A stretch of DNA of 63,899 nucleotides, the filler included, from Olpidium bornovanus S191 (lineage: Eukaryota > Fungi > Olpidiomycota), in NCBI GenBank assembly GCA_017911155.1. It is 26 parts of 26 records of this genome, joined end to end, with 100 filler letters (N's around TTAATTAATTAA, not from the genome) between each part and the next. Parts side by side here need not be neighbours in the genome. Positions count along the whole stretch, not along the records: positions 21,946 to 23,542 come from JAEFCI010000542.1; positions 23,643 to 26,705 come from JAEFCI010004028.1; positions 26,806 to 30,592 come from JAEFCI010005167.1; positions 30,693 to 32,578 come from JAEFCI010008851.1; positions 32,679 to 33,787 come from JAEFCI010012956.1; 21 more parts are not named here. One strand, written 5' to 3'. The translations under genes were made by a program, and so were the position numbers. The notes under the pieces were generated by a model that was given only the letters and a program-made list of their open reading frames with translations, had not been told where the DNA came from and searched no databases. Shown one piece after another: positions 22,046 to 33,887 of this stretch (positions are counted from its first letter, which is position 1; each line of letters opens with the position of its first letter).

Positions 22046-23292
22046 CTAAGTTTCAGTTTCCATGCCGGCAACATGACGTCCATCGCGATCACCGTGTTCA
22101 TGAGAACGAGGTCGGTGGTGGCGATCTTCTTCGTCGTTCTTGTGGTGGCCGCCACGACGATCGCGGCTAAGGTCGCGTTTGTCGCTCCCTGGACGCTCTC
22201 TGCTGGCTAGTCGATCACCAAGATAGCGGTCGTCATCGTAGCGACGATCGTGATGGCGGCGGTCGCGGTCGGCATAACCCCGGCGGCGGTCGTATTCGTC
22301 TACATACCGGTCGTATCGATCCCTTCCTGAGCGGCGGTAATTGTCGCGGTCGCGCTCCTCGTCGCGATGCCGCCGGCCGTTGTGACCGTCGTATCGGTCT
22401 CGCGTGCGGTCCCGTTCTCTCTCCTGTCCACGGTCACCTTTGGAACGGCTGCGGCTGCGCCGGCGAGCCCTGCCGAAGTCGTCCACCTCTAAGTCGGGGG
22501 AACGTGAGCGGCGCCTCACTGAGCCGGGCCCGTAGTCAGGGGAAGGGCGCCTGGGTCTCGTTGACATGCCGTAATCGGGCGACGGGCGTCTGGAAGAAGG
22601 TACAAAAGAAAAGAAATGCGTTACCCATCGAACATTCCAATGAACGTTCGCCCAGCGTACTGGAACTCACCTTGGCGCAACTTCGTGAGAACGCATGGTC
22701 GACGCGCGGGCTTCATTATCATAGTCTTTCAACTTTTGTTCTACCTCCCGCATTACAGGAACAGGGATGCGCGGCAGCATGGTGTTCAGGAACTTCTGCT
22801 CCGTAAGAAGACTACGGCAGAGCTGCCCAATTGTTCTGCACATTAAAACGCAGCAACAGTGGTCAGATCCAAGGGAATAAAAGAAAAAGAGCGGGATGTT
22901 GTGGGACAATTCGGCAGCGGGGACGAGCTACCGATAATGTGCACGTACACCTCAGTTTTACGGACGCCTCCTGCTGTTGTTACCATATCCTCGTCGTCCA
23001 GATACGGCGCGAACCAATCCCACAAGCCTGAAGGCTTGCATACATACCGCAGGTAAAGGAAGCCTAACGCACGCACGAAACTGATTTTGGGGATCCAAGA
23101 TAGGTCAAACAGCGTATCTCCAAAAACTTTAGACGCGACAATCCGGGCAGGGCCGTCGATGTGGTCGCACGACGCACGTGTTATCCTTGCATTCGACCAA
23201 GTTCATCAGCTGTTTCACAGTAAGCCTCAGGGTCCAAAACTTGAAAAGCAGACAAAACGCGGTTGACGCCGTCCTCCCCTTGAGGAAAGGTT
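22046..23292 (-). CDS. PRPF38B: Pre-mRNA splicing factor 38B-like (Prp38 family with an RS/RD-rich tail), 5' truncated
   Basis: STAFCLLFKFWTLRLTVKQL, VRALGFLYLRYVCKP.GLWDWFAPYLDD and TMLPRIPVPV, then an Arg/Asp/Ser-rich C-terminus ending at 22046. Confidence 0.9.
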
Positions 23293-23642
23293 CTATTAGG
23301 CCGCCGGAAAAGGCCGAAGCAACAAACAGAGATCGAAGTCACAGTCAGAATTGCGTGCAAACTTGCAGACGATGACGATGAACACAATAGCGCGGTCGCG
23401 TACTGCAATGGACACCGGATCCATGAAGCGCGAGCTTGATAAGCTTTAAGCTATGAACGCACCCAAATTCGTGACTGGATATAAGAAACAAATAAGTCAA
23501 GTTACCGCGAAACGTTGACCTGCATTCCCGACAAGGCATACANNNNNNNNNNNNNNNNNNNNNNNNNNNNNNNNNNNNNNNNNNNNTTAATTAATTAANN
23601 NNNNNNNNNNNNNNNNNNNNNNNNNNNNNNNNNNNNNNNNNN

Positions 23643-25071
23643 CCATGCGGTCTGAGCGAACCAACCACGGCGAACAGGCTGCGGGTCTGAGCCAATCCAG
23701 TCAACTTCCTCATATGGCCCTTACGTAACGGGATGCGGCCGGTCGCCACCTGTGCATTCCGTATCCATTTTCACCGCAGTGATCTCCTCTCCTTTCGCAA
23801 CTGGCGTCAGGCTCGGCTGGATGTCGAGAACGGAATTACGACGATCGAAAATTAACAATGGAGTTTGGGCAGCTGAAAGGTATGAACTCAATGCCGCTGC
23901 CAACCGGGACACGCCAAGATGCAAGAGGGGAAACGCACAATCCAAAAACTCGGCAACTTCGGCCGGGTCTGTTCCGCCTGCCAAAAGGTAGGCAGAAAAA
24001 CGTGTCAGCACTGTTCCAAAAATCGGCCGGGTAAGCGGAGCGTCCACGGTGCCTAAACAATGCACCTCTTCTCTCTCAAGAGCAGCCAGAGCGCGTTCCT
24101 TCTCTTCCTTTGAGCGCGCCCGCATCTCATCTACGTCCAGCTGAAACACGTCGCCCTCATTTGCGTCTACTGGCTTGTGCTCTGGTCGTCCGCCAGCGCG
24201 GGAGCACACGAACCAGCAAGGGTAAGCAGGAGTCTCAGTGAACACAACTACGACTGGCAGGAGCCTTCTAACCTTTCCCGTCCGTCTCCACCTGCGCCGG
24301 CCGGTCAGCATCGCCCACTGCACTCTGCTCTTTGTTTAACCGGGACATAGGAAGGAAGTGCGTCTGCGATTTTTCAAACTCGTCCAAGAGCAGCTGGTGC
24401 GCCTCCAACTCCCGCTTGGCAGCCGCGGCTTCCCGGAGGGCGACGATCCGCCCGGCCTCTTTCTGCTGACGCGCGATTTCCTTCTTCTGAGCAAGGATGT
24501 TCTCGTAAAAGCACTCCTTGCAGGCCAAATGACCCTTTGTGCTGGGTGTGTTGAGAGCAACGAATCCGTCCATGGGCCCACTGCGGTTTCCATCGACCTG
24601 ATTTGGCGCTACTCCGGGATGAAAAACCTACCAGCAAATGGGATCCCGTGCAGTCTGCAAGCAAAGAAAGCAGGCGTCGAAGTCCCTCATTGAGTCCGAA
24701 CCCAGGCGGCTCGTCTTCGTTCCGTACTGCAGCTGCTGCCTCTCATGGTAGGTAAAGACGCTGGGGAGAGGAGGAGAGGGCAAGCAACGAAGTCCGGATG
24801 AGCACCTCCCAAAAACGCGGACCAGCCCGTGATCGCACGCCGAAACCTCCCCCAAACCGCAGGATCTTACCTGCTGGCGGTGTTGTTCTTGTTCAACGCG
24901 CGAAAGCAAAAGGCCGGTTGGGAACGGCGTTGCCGCTGTCAGGCGGCGGGAGCATGCGCGCGCGGGAGAACCGGTCTCCTTCTCTCGCGAAAAGACAACG
25001 GGGTCACTGCCCGCTTCCCTTTCCGTCCGCGCGGCGAGCGCGCCATGGCGTCCCTTCGAGTGACGGGACAT
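23643..25071 (-). CDS. NOSIP: Nitric oxide synthase-interacting protein homolog (RING/U-box-like), 3' truncated
   Basis: MSRHSK|NNTAS|SVFTYHE...RLGSDSMRDFDACFLCLQTARDPIC and GHLACKECFYENILAQKKEI. Confidence 0.87.
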
Positions 25072-25220
25072 GGTTCCTTCCGCTCTCGTGCGCGTCCTGC
25101 CGCTCCCCGAGGAGAAAGGGACAGAGAGAGAAAGAGAGAAATGGTTTCAAAAAAAAAATAAAAAAAAGAAAAGAACCACTGCCCTGTGGTCCTGTTGTGA
25201 GCCAAACAATGAGCTCACGG

Positions 25221-25230
25221 GTCACGTGAT
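25221..25230. promoter_or_regulatory. E-box GTCACGTGAT upstream of NOSIP (bHLH/Cbf1-type motif)
   Basis: RTCACGTGA also occurs at 1321, 14704, 36782, 36872, 36882 and 38049, mostly in promoter-like or LTR DNA. Confidence 0.4.
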
Positions 25231-25471
25231 CATTTAAGCGCTGCTAGTCGGCGCAGCCCCTGCCTCCGACTTCCCGCCGCGCAGAAAAAGCAAACAGGGA
25301 AAACAAATAAGAGCTAAACGACAACACGCTATGATATCAGCACCCAAAGCTCTCCTCGGGGGCGCCGGGCGCGACCGCCCATCTCCGCTGCGGCTTCTTC
25401 CCCCGTCTCGCGCCGCGGGGACGTACCGGCCAGCTTCGGCATCGCCGCGGCGGCGGCGTTCGCCCGCTTGC

Positions 25472-25613
25472 CGTCCCACGTAGACACGCTGCCTAGAATC
25501 ACACGATGCGCAACCGCCGCGACTTGGGCGCGCGCGCCCCGCGCGCGCGTAAAAGGCGCGCTACCCGCGCACATTCCATAGATCCCCACAAACCCAGACC
25601 CAGACCTAGAACC
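25472..25613 (+). repeat. Dispersed repeat head, copy A (homologous to 37049-37220)
   Basis: Shared blocks CGTCCCACGTAG...CCTAGA..TC.CACG, GCGCCCCGC.CGC...AAAAGGCG.GC, and CCAGAC/CTAGAC hexamers ending in AGAACC. Confidence 0.75.
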
Positions 25614-25626
25614 ATCGAAAAAAACG

Positions 25627-26630
25627 CGAAAATCGTGCAGTATTTACTTCACCCCATACCTTATCACTTGCCACCAGCAAAGGAAATCAAAATGAAAAAT
25701 GTTGAAACTCGGCACACTTATAGTACTTTACAAGGGCTTTCAAACGAGCTAAAGATCAGCTAGATTCAATTACAGCATCTAGAAAGCGCAGCATTCAAAT
25801 GTGGTCACCAGAAAAGCGAAAATAGTGCTAATACTATAGCATTCCCTTCACTTCAATCCTGATCACTTACCACCAGCAAAAGAGATCAAAGTGGAAAATT
25901 TTGAAGCTCGGCACGCTTATAGTACTCGACGAAGGCTTCCAAACAAGCCAACGATTTGCCAGATCTGATCACTGGATCTTGAGAACGCAACACTCAAAAA
26001 ATGGGAAAATAGTGCTGATAGTATTTACGTCATACCAACCCTGATGTACTGTGGACGGTCAAGTTGCGCTTTGTATGCAGCGGTCAGGTCCTTTGTCGAA
26101 GGAGGTCGCGAGACAGAGCATTTTTATTCACGGTCAAGGCTGGCTACGTGTGAGCGCGTAAGGTACACGAGCGAGTAAAGTACAACCCGCGTCGTCTTTT
26201 TTGGGTGCAGCGGAAAAAGGGAGGAGGGGTGGCTATTTATGCGGAGGCCGCGCTGCGCCTTGCGGGCGTCCGCGCGGGTCCCCACGCGGACTTCGCCCGT
26301 GGTCGCCGTCTCACGCAGTCTCCGTTCTTCTCCTCGGCGCGGTCCCCGTTCTTCTCCGCGCGGTCCCCGTTGGGGAGTGCGTTGCCGGGGTGTGGCGCAC
26401 GCGGGATTTCTGGGGGGCGAAGAGGGGTTATAGGGGGGTTGTCTGGGGGGTTGGGCCCGGTCGCGAGGCCGGGGCCCGCAAGGGTGCCTGCGGCGTCGGT
26501 CCCGGACGGTGCCCGAGGCGCGCGCGCATCAAACCTGATCACCCCAGCAAAAGAGATCAAAGTGGAACTCAGCACGCTTATATGTAGTACTTGATGAGAA
26601 ATTTCAAACGAACCAAAGATCAGCGGTATG
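25627..26630 (+). repeat. Degenerate AT-rich tandem repeat of about 190-200 bp (3 units, the third interrupted)
   Basis: The core C(A/C)CCAGCAAA.GA.ATCAAA.TG.AA...CTC.GCAC.CTTAT..AGTACT recurs near 25663, 25862 and 26538. Confidence 0.8.
26045..26531 (-). mobile_element. GC-rich insertion of about 487 bp, solo-LTR-like
   Basis: TG...CA ends; interrupts repeat unit 3; flanked by duplicated CCTGAT (26040-26045 and 26534-26539). The minus strand carries a TATA-like ATAAATAG followed by AATAAAAA. Confidence 0.55.
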
Positions 26631-27183
26631 AACCAAAAAGCCCCCGGCCCGAACTGCTCATTCCCCCTCCTCCAAAAGAAAGCCACCGATTCCGACCACC
26701 AATCCNNNNNNNNNNNNNNNNNNNNNNNNNNNNNNNNNNNNNNNNNNNNTTAATTAATTAANNNNNNNNNNNNNNNNNNNNNNNNNNNNNNNNNNNNNNN
26801 NNNNNCCTTCTTTGCACGACCTTAACGAGACGTGTCCGCCGTGCACCAATCCATTTATCCCAGTCCACTCAGCGGCCCCTGCATCGCAAAGTACACGCAT
26901 GGTACCGGATGCGCTGCTGAGCGTTTGCCAGGACTGCGTTTGACAGGAGAACGTCAAGTCTTCATCTGACGCGTACAGTCGCGGTATGATCGTTACTAGC
27001 GCCAGCCAGCGTCCACCCACGCTCATGGCAGTTCGTAAAATCACGAACATACGGTGACGGGAATCAAGTTTTGCGGTATACTATTCCCGCGAAAATGCGC
27101 CGTGAGTAACAATATCAATTCCACCCCTCCTCTTACCTATACAAAAAAAATGAAAAGAAATGAAGTGATAACGGGGAGAACTC

Positions 27184-28762
27184 TCATTGCACGTATTTGC
27201 TCCTGTGTTTTGAATCGCGAAATGTCAAGCGCAATCACAAATGTAAGGAAGGCGGAAAGGTGCCGCTGGAAACTTTTCGGACAAAACGGAAATCCCGAAA
27301 AAGCGAAGAAAGGCGTCGACGCACATGAACTTGCGGTGGAAATCGGACCGCAGGGTATCATTGATGAATCTCTTTTTGGGACGCTCGTCCACGCCGCGGG
27401 CCTGGTTCTTAAAAATGACATCATCGTCCCACCGACGTTTCACACTGAAATCCTTCGGCGCCGACGTAGGCGTGGCGCCGAGATTTAGCAGCGGATTTCC
27501 CGTGGCAATCTGCTCCTGCCGCTCCGCGGCGCTCTGCGCCTCCTGCTCTCTTTCCTGTTGTCCCGGCGCGCACGGAGGGAGTGAAGCGTCAGGTGAAGGA
27601 GAGTCGCGCCTTGGGTTGTTAGGTTCCGGGCGAACGTTCGGCACATGCAGGGTAACACTTGCCTGTCTGGCTTTCTCCTGCGCCCGTTCACGCTTGATCT
27701 TCTCGAGCTCAGCAAGAAGGACCGCCGTGTCGTCTTCACCATCGTCGTCGCTGTCGCTCGCATCGTCGTCGTCATCAGCGTCGTCGTCGTCGTCCGAATC
27801 GTCGGCGTCCAAATTCGTTTTCACCACCGCCGCTTTCTCCTCCTCGGGCGACTGCTTCCCCAACAGCATGAGCGTCGAGTTTTCGTCCTCCTCTCTTTGC
27901 GCGCCGCCGAAACTTTCATGGTTTTCCTCTTCCTCCGGAGGCAACTCCGGAAGGCCCTTCTCCGCTCGTGCCTTGTTCTGCGCTTCGCGTTCGGCACGCC
28001 GCAGCTCGGCCTTCAGAGTTTCCCTGTCCTGCGGCTCACCCCCCTGGCCAGGCTGCCGGTACTTGAGCTTCGTGTGCGCAGCCTGATCCCGCGCAGAGAT
28101 TTGCCTGATGGGCGCATTCTTGTCCCTGGCAGTTCCTCCGCCTGGTGGCCGCCGCCAAAGAACGGGGCAAAGTAGCCGCACAGGCGGGCATGTTAATTGA
28201 CGCGGGCCGCAAAGCCCAAACGTTCAACCCCATCGGTTGCTGGAGGGTTCAGGGCGTTCGTGCACGAAAAGCTCTCGCAATTCGCGAAACCGTTCGTTTT
28301 CGACTGAGGTGCGGCTGCTTCTCAAGTCGCCGACTGTGCCGCACGGCGGTTCACGCAGGAAGAGTGCGCTGCCTGCCTCAACCCGCGGTCCGTGTCGACT
28401 GTCAAGCGCAAAAAAGCAATTGCGCTCACCTCGGGCAGGATCGAATGTGGGCCTTGCCGCGGTGGTCACTGCAGCACCGGAGTGAGAACGTGACAGGCAA
28501 CGGGACGGTCAGCGAGCGAGTTGAGCCGGGCGTTCGTTTCCAAGAAAGACCGCGGGTCGCTTCGATCGGAGACAGGGTCGGCGGCCGCATAGAAAAAGGG
28601 ACGACAAGAGCACGCAAGCGGGGAGAGCCGGGAAAGGAGCGGGGAGATACGCGAGCGGAGCGGAGCGGAGCAGCGGAAAAAGGATAACCGCAAACGAGCA
28701 CGTCCGGACGCAAACAGGGGTGCGGCGGGAGAGAGAGAGGGGCACACCAGCTCTGGCTTACT
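27184..28762 (-). CDS. CWC15: Pre-mRNA splicing factor Cwc15/Cwf15, complete; the ATG is split by an intron
   Basis: (M)[40 protein letters not shown] and [17 protein letters not shown]...[15 protein letters not shown]|SKYVQ*. Stop at 27184-27186. Confidence 0.95.
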
Positions 28763-28995
28763 TCTCCGTCTGCGGTGGGTTCTTCTTGCGCTGGTCAGGG
28801 GGCGACTGCGTGTGCGGGTTGGTAAGGGGGCTGAAGGAGGAGGGGCTGTCGCGGCCGGGCGGGGCCGTCCGGGCGAGGGAGGAAAGGACGGAAAGGAACG
28901 AGGGGGAGACTGAGACCGGCAGGCAGAGAGGGTGGCGTTTTTTAACAACCCTCCGCCGCCCCACCCGCGCAGGCCACCGAACAAGGGCGTGCGTA

Positions 28996-30494
28996 ATGCC
29001 GCCGCCGCGTGCCGCCTCGTTCGCCGCTTCCGCCGTCTGCAGGGGACTGGCCGCCGCCGCCGTTCCTGCTGCTGCCGTTGGCCTCGCCTCGCCGTTGCCG
29101 TCGTCGCTGCTCGCGTTGCAGGCGCGCGCCCTTGGCGCCGCGGGCGCCGTCGTGCGGACCGCCCGGCGGACCGCAGAAGGACCGCTTTCGCCTTGCCGAC
29201 GCGACCGCAGCCCCGCAGTGCGTGGTTGCTTCCGGTCTGTTCGCGTCTGGGACGGCCGCTGTCACTTCGCACATTCCAGCCTCCCGCTCCGCGTTGCTTC
29301 CGATGCCAGCGGTAGGTTTGCCACCGGGGACGTTGGCTCCGGCGCATTGGTGTTGTGGTAGCTGATCACAGGTGAATTCCTAGACTCGGCAGAAGTGGAA
29401 GCTCAAGCCGAGCGCTACCTGAAGCGGTTCTGGAAGACGGCGAGCGTGGCGGAATCTGCCGGTAATTTGCCGGTAAACAGCGTAAACAGCGCGCACAGTT
29501 CTTTGAGACGTCCGCTGACCTCGGTCACCACGGCTATCCCTGGCCAGACGGATTCCGGATTCTTCTCGACAACAGGCCTCTTAAAACACCCGAGGGCCGG
29601 CTGCTAGTTGTTCCTTCGCACAGGCGAACTTTGGCCATGCTGGTGGCTGGCGAGTGGGAACGGCAAGAAACGGTGCTCAAGAGCCATTCGCTGCCTTTGG
29701 TGTGTACGTTTGCTGCTTCGTTGTATACAGGCCGGGTCTCGGTGAATTACGCAGTGTTCCGAATGATGCGCAGTGTTTTTGGCCGACGGGTAGATCGCTC
29801 ACGACGGCAGTTGGTTTACTGTCTAGACTTCTCTTGTCGCAAGAAGCATTGACGGCTTGAGTGATTGGGATGCCCGGAAGTCAGCAATAGACAAGCTGAT
29901 GAAGTTCCTCGAGACGGATACCGTCTGGTACGCCGCTCATTCTCACATCTCTGGCCGTATCGATTAAATGCGTTTGCACATGAACCAAAGAAATTGCGCC
30001 GTGTCCAGCTACCAGCAAGCATACCCGGACTCCTTGGTCCAACTACAGCAAGAATACTGCGCTCCGATTGTAAGGTGGATCCAGGACTACTTTGACGTAA
30101 CACTCAGCGTGACCAAAGAGCTCATTGGCGTGCCTCACCCGGAGGAGACAATTGCACGGCTTCGGAAGGAGGTGGAGGGGATGGAACCATTGTCCTTGGC
30201 GGGTGGGTGGCTGATGCGTGGTGCCGTGCGTGAAAGACGCGCATGCCAAGTGGGAGAGCCAGCGTTTCGTCTTTACGGCCCCACAGTTCCCGCACATGGC
30301 TTTAACAACTTATACCTGTTTTATTTGCCTTGCTCCTTTCGTGACCCTGACAGCGTTTGAAAAGGCGACGATTCACGCAAAATCTTTCCTCATTGCTTTG
30401 GCGCTCGTGAAGCGAGCGGTGTCGGCGAAAACGGCCTCCAGAGCTTCTCGCGTCGAAGTCATGTCGCAGATCATGTTCTGGGGAGAGGAAGACA
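28996..30494 (+). CDS. ATP12: Mitochondrial F1-ATPase assembly factor Atp12, 3' truncated
   Basis: Presequence-like N-terminus, KRFWKTA, LLDNRPLKTPEG...EWERQ and AFEKATIHAKSFLIALAL...SRVEVMSQIMFWGEED. Confidence 0.92.
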
Positions 30495-31089
30495 GTAAGT
30501 TCGCGCGGTTCACAGCCAAGTTGCATTTTTCGTATTTTGAGGTTTCCATTTTCGAGTCTTTCTTTCGGCTGTTGGTGGTGTTTGTGTTGCGCNNNNNNNN
30601 NNNNNNNNNNNNNNNNNNNNNNNNNNNNNNNNNNNNTTAATTAATTAANNNNNNNNNNNNNNNNNNNNNNNNNNNNNNNNNNNNNNNNNNNNCATGAATC
30701 TCTTTTGGGGGGAGGCCACAACGGTTCGATTTCAGGACGGCGCGGCAAAATGCTACGGCGGATCTGCGAAGTCTGAGTTGCCGGTCTGAATTGCATTAGC
30801 CTCGGCATACTGCGATGAAATGGCAAACTGTGCCAGAACAATCCCAAAACCCCAGGGAAAGGGAGCGACACGTCCCGTAATGACACAGAACTCCTTGGCT
30901 CCGATCCCCAGGGTTTTCTGCTTCAGGTCCCGGTTAGAGCCTCTCGGGCCGACCGTGATGCGTACATGTCAGACCCACGGGAATGTTCCCCTGCTTGCCC
31001 TACGCTGGCAAAATTGGTAAAAACACAGCACACGCTTTGATGACTGGTGACTTCGCCGACCACGTGCTTGTTAGTGCCAAAACATGAGA

Positions 31090-31530
31090 CATTCCAAACG
31101 GCGGTGGACTGAATTCCTGCCGTAAGCGGGGACTCAAAGCTGCAAGGGCACTCAGTCCTTGTGCTGGTATCCACCGGTTGTAAGAACCGTTGCAAACTTC
31201 TCCAGCGCATCACGCGACCGCAAAAGCCAGCAGACGGAAAAGCACCGGTTACAGCGCGCCCCTTGTGGACCGGATGGAGGACTCCAAATAATTGGTGCTG
31301 CAACCAGGAGTCAGGAAGCAACCTCCCGGATTCAGGATCCTGAATCCCAGGAATGTCAGGGGGATGGCGCCGGCTTGACGGGTGGATGGACCAGGGCGAC
31401 CAGGGGGTAGAACCCGGTGAAACCCGGAAGAAGCCCAATGGAGGGCAGATGACAACTGGCACCCAAAACGAGATCCAGGATGCCGACCCCTGGATCAAAA
31501 GTGAGGGGGGAAACGGTGTGACGGCGCCGA
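31090..31530 (+). mobile_element. Possible decayed gypsy remnant (protease-like motif and PPT-LTR junction)
   Basis: KLQGHSVLVLVSTGC resembles a retropepsin motif but lacks the catalytic Asp. GAGGGGGGAAACGG|TGTGACGG at 31503-31524 resembles a PPT and LTR start; no matching LTR end found. Confidence 0.25.
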
Positions 31531-32450
31531 GTAACCTAGAATAAAAGGGAAGACCATAGGCATAAAGAGGTAGAATCCACGATCCCACGACAAAAATCCC
31601 CGTCGTCTAGACCAGACTCAATTCGCAGATTCTATTCGCAATTTCCTTCAGCCAATATCAGGCGTAGGACTTACTTGTTGTGAACCGTATGATGCGCTCT
31701 ACGGGTCGCGTGACCATTAGCGTTCTACTGCCAGGAGGAGGAGCTGGTATCCGGCTTCCTCCCTCTCGGCCACGAAAGCAAACGAAGGAAGAGAAGAAGA
31801 AGGAAGACGGGAAAAAAGACGGGAAGGAAGACGAATGCATTCTTTTTTCAAAGGGCCTCTACCGCTCGATCACGCTGGGGGCCTTCGCGATCAATTCTCG
31901 TTTTGGGCCATCTCCAACGCAGGCGCGTTTTTGTGTCTGGACGGCGATGATGGCGATCTGGGTACCCCACCCGACGGTAACCGCGTACACGCAGGAGATA
32001 ATCAGGCCGCTGGCGGGGGCAGAGACCTCCTCGACCACAGCTCCAACGGTTATACGCGCAAACTCCGCAAACAGCTGAGGGGCTGAGGGAGAGGCGCCAC
32101 ACATCTTCCCAAACCGGCGAAGGGTTGAGGCACCCCAGCGGAAGAAAAAAACGAAAGATTCTAAAGGCTTGATAACGAGGGGCTTCATCCACGTCAAAAA
32201 AAACGATTTGTTAACTATGGGCGTCATCCATGTCGCCGAGTCTGGTGAAAGCTAAACGGGATCTGAAAACGGAGCCTTCTACACGGGAATGCCGGCGCCC
32301 TAACCACCACACGTCCCAGAACGTCGGGATGTATTTCCCTTGATCTGAGAAGGGTTCCGTGGCCTCCTCCCCCGCCTCCGCCTCCGCCGGCCGCCCTATT
32401 TCTTGAGTAAAACTTCCGCCGGATCCCCGCGCCCGCCGGACTCCCCCCCT

Positions 32451-32491
<41 letters not shown>

Positions 32492-32505
32492 GGGCCGCAA
32501 GAGAC

Positions 32506-32572
<67 letters not shown>

Positions 32573-32678
32573 AGGTCCNNNNNNNNNNNNNNNNNNNNNN
32601 NNNNNNNNNNNNNNNNNNNNNNTTAATTAATTAANNNNNNNNNNNNNNNNNNNNNNNNNNNNNNNNNNNNNNNNNNNN

Positions 32679-33710
32679 CATGCGGACACTCGCAGTTTCT
32701 CCATCCGGAATAACAGCTCTTTTGGCCAACCGCCTCACGGTGGGAAATTCGCCTGCCGCGATGGCTTTCCCTTCGGCAGCAAGGCTCTCCAATCCGCAAA
32801 GCGACACCGGAACATATCGGAGGGACGAGATGACTGACGACGGTAGAATATACACCGCGGACTGGGTTCCCCGAGAAGCCGTTCGCGACACGAGGCTGAC
32901 GCTGCTGGAGTCGGTGTCGTCTAATGTGATTCCCGAATCGGGCCAGTGGTATGCAATACGACTCACTATGACAACCAGAGACAGCGACTTAGTAAATGGA
33001 GCACGAAGTGCTAAGAAGTTTGTAGGCGAGCAAGCGCAGCGCAAGCTGACGTACACTGAGTGGATGCTTCTATTTGAAAGTATGTGTCCCTTTCTTCCAG
33101 CGTGGATACTTGCGGCGAAATTGCCACGCCGAGGTGCACTACAGAGGTCGCGTCCCAGTTTGCGAGCTTTAGCAAGGTAAGGCCGCCCGCACGATGTGAC
33201 GGGTCGACTTTACTCCCCTCAGTTTGGCCTACGTCTGGCGCAAGAGTACCGCCGTTACCAGGACCCGGGTTCAGAATGCTATCCGAATACCAGAGCTGCA
33301 GAGGAGGTCCCCGGCATGTGCTCAGCGAGATATGCAGGGTCAATGTGCCCTCCCGTGTTAACGTCAGAAGTTCGGCTGGTGGCTTGAACGCGAAATGTGC
33401 TGTCGACCCAGGGGCGGCCTCGGCGGAACGGATTCTGAACGGCAAAACCTGGCCGTCGACCAACGGGACGGTCCGATCTAGTTGCGCAGCGTGCCATGCG
33501 GCCGTCTCCTCGAGATCACGCCGGTCCTGCCAAGTGGAGGCGGCCGTCGAGCCCGGCAGGCCGACCACCAGAATTGCTGCGGCGGCGGCAGACCACGGAA
33601 AACGCGTCTTCTTTCGCGCCTTCCGCTTCGCACGCGAGACAAGATGCGACGGCCGGGCGGCCGCGTAGGCCGGCGCGGCACTATTGGCGACAACGGCGGT
33701 GGCCAGCGCT

Positions 33711-33720
<10 letters not shown>
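32679..33720 (-). CDS. Putative Mid1-like subunit of the fungal Cch1-Mid1 Ca2+ channel, N-terminal fragment
   Basis: Hydrophobic leader (WSAAAAAILVVGLPG), then LHISLSTCRGP, TYFQIEAS, ITLDDTDSSSVSL and SLCGL, which resemble Mid1 blocks. Recognised from memory only. Confidence 0.4.
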
Positions 33721-33757
<37 letters not shown>

Positions 33758-33887
33758 AAAAAACCACCTCCTTTCAACCCGAACCGGNNNNNNNNNNNNN
33801 NNNNNNNNNNNNNNNNNNNNNNNNNNNNNNNTTAATTAATTAANNNNNNNNNNNNNNNNNNNNNNNNNNNNNNNNNNNNNNNNNNNN

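Noticed and set aside
25627-26630. CRISPR-like array
   Set aside because: The units are about 190 bp, degenerate along their whole length, with no unique spacers, and the DNA is eukaryotic.
28467-28469. Non-AUG (GTG) start for CWC15
   Set aside because: A canonical GTAAGC donor, CTGAC branch point and CAG acceptor rebuild ATG by splicing.
31859-32400. Possible ABC-transporter-like or other CDS on the minus strand (SFFLTWMKPLVIKPLE)
   Set aside because: Only a short resemblance; I could not build a consistent exon chain.
32450-32572. Long poly-C and poly-G tracts as G-quadruplex or telomeric elements (also 19847-19910, 54950-54972, 58706-58809)
   Set aside because: They mostly sit at contig ends or suspected mis-joins and fit low-quality or dark-cycle sequencing artefacts; no telomeric repeat array is present.
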